From positions 1,696,001 to 1,760,000 of the forward strand of contig OZ242374.1 in the NCBI GenBank assembly GCA_965209055.1: DNA of 64,000 nucleotides, in the 5' to 3' direction. Shown here piece by piece: positions 62,764 to 64,000 of this stretch (its first letter is position 1; every line of letters starts with the position of its first letter). The notes beneath the pieces were generated by a model. It was not told where the DNA came from, did no database searches, and saw only the letters and a program-made list of their open reading frames with translations. The position numbers and the translations under genes were made by a program. The DNA comes from Acidobacteriota bacterium. GTDB lineage: Bacteria; Acidobacteriota; UBA6911; RPQK01; JAJDTT01.

Positions 62764-64000
62764 ATGACGAAATTCACCCTGGGATGGATCGCCGTCCTGT
62801 TTTCCTTCCTGGCTCAATCCGGTTCCGCCGGCTGGGTCACGGTTCCGGTCCCGGGCACGCACGGCTTCAAGGGCTTCGGCTGGTACCGCACCTGGTTCAA
62901 ACCGCCCCAACGGTTCTTCGCCAAGCACGACCGGGACCTGTGGGGCGAATCGGTGATCTTCAACGTCCGGGGCCTGGCTGGCGCGCACGAGGTCTACGTC
63001 AACGGAAAACGCATCGGCGGCGGCGGAAGCTTTCCCCCCGGATTCGAGGACGGACGGAAGGGCAATCACCAGCACAAGGTCCCGTCCGGCAGCCTGGTGC
63101 CCGAGGCCTGGAACCAGCTCGCGGTCCGGGTCTACTCGCCCGCCGGCGAAGGCGGCTTTCTGGGCGAAGCTCCCTTCCTCATGAACTACTTTCTGGAATG
63201 CGTCTTCGAGGGTCCTTGGGAGTTCCATCCCGGCGATGCGGGCGCCGACTTCGGCGGCGTGCTCGACCGGCGGCCCGAAGGCTCGGCCTTCGACCGGTTT
63301 CGCGAGTCCAACCGGGTGCTGGCGGAGGCGGACCGGTTCGTCCCCGGCCAAAAGCTTCCGCCGCTGGAATCGTTTCGAACGATGATGGCGGCGGACGATC
63401 TCGTGGTGGACCTGATGCTGGCGGAACCGTTGGTGGCGCAGCCGACCCACTTCAGCTTCGATTCCCGCGGCCGCCTCTGGGTCTCCCAGTTCCGGCAGTA
63501 TCCGTTTCCCGCGGGACTCGAGATGATCAGCCGGGACCGCTACTACCGCTCGCACTACGACAAGGTGCCCCCGGCGCCTCCGCTCCACGACCGTGGGCGC
63601 GACGTGATCTCCATTCACGAGGACACCACCGGCGACGGCAGGTACGACCGCCACAAGGTCTTCCGGGACGGCTTGAACATGGCCAACGCGGCCCTGCGCG
63701 GCCGCGGCGGAGTGTGGGTGATGCACACCCCGTACCTGCTCTTCTATCCCGACCGGGACTTCGACGACGTCCCCGACGGGCCGCCGGAGGTCCATCTCCA
63801 GGGATTCGGCCTGGAGGACACCCACGCCATCGCCAACGGACTGGTCTGGGGAATGGACGGGTGGCTCTATGGAACCCAGGGCAGCACCACGGCCTGCCAC
63901 GTGACCCGTCCCGGCATCGACCCGCCGGACGCTCCCGCGGTCTACTACCAGGGCTGCATGGTCTGGCGCTATCACCCCGAGACCCGGCGCTTCGAACTCT
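62764..64000 (+). CDS. PVC-type membrane-bound dehydrogenase-domain protein (5' part, runs off the window)
   Basis: Manual translation: AEPLVAQP...FDSRGRLWV.QF.QYP, EDTTGDG, GFGLEDTHAIANGL.WG.DGWLYG.QGS. Confidence 0.75.
   Translation, partial: MTKFTLGWIAVLFSFLAQSGSAGWVTVPVPGTHGFKGFGWYRTWFKPPQRFFAKHDRDLWGESVIFNVRGLAGAHEVYVNGKRIGGGGSFPPGFEDGRKGNHQHKVPSGSLVPEAWNQLAVRVYSPAGEGGFLGEAPFLMNYFLECVFEGPWEFHPGDAGADFGGVLDRRPEGSAFDRFRESNRVLAEADRFVPGQKLPPLESFRTMMAADDLVVDLMLAEPLVAQPTHFSFDSRGRLWVSQFRQYPFPAGLEMISRDRYYRSHYDKVPPAPPLHDRGRDVISIHEDTTGDGRYDRHKVFRDGLNMANAALRGRGGVWVMHTPYLLFYPDRDFDDVPDGPPEVHLQGFGLEDTHAIANGLVWGMDGWLYGTQGSTTACHVTRPGIDPPDAPAVYYQGCMVWRYHPETRRFEL

Overview
A GC-rich bacterial chromosome segment. 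The gene content (acidobacterial-type VWA protein, FG-GAP and LRR secreted proteins, sulfatase, PVC-type dehydrogenase) suggests Acidobacteriota, possibly host-associated; this is inference. Core genes include tRNA-Cys, bioF/bioD/bioA, infA, thyA/folA, mqnA, a NamZ/MurU/AmgK-like cell-wall recycling cluster, asnS, folD, soxC plus a cytochrome c, and secA. The main accessory region is an ~11.5 kb island (17596-29100) bounded by a diverged duplicate of a host gene's 3' end and punctuated by five dif-like sites. Inside it, a 4799 bp IS1595-family element (20560-25358; 22 bp perfect TIRs starting GGGGATTAT, 8 bp TSD AATTGAAT) splits an LRR gene. Besides its transposase and three unknown ORFs, the element carries a dense set of predicted non-coding RNAs: a long-variable-arm tRNA with a Phe (GAA) anticodon, two further aberrant tRNA-like genes, a duplicated pseudoknot/switch-like unit and a duplicated hairpin unit. 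This RNA-cargo transposon is the best candidate for an undescribed system. Separately, a RAYT-like transposase is flanked by a GGGACAGTC motif that also forms a ~20-copy array and a 153 nt in-frame expansion inside a CYTH gene. All structures were read by eye and no searches were run.
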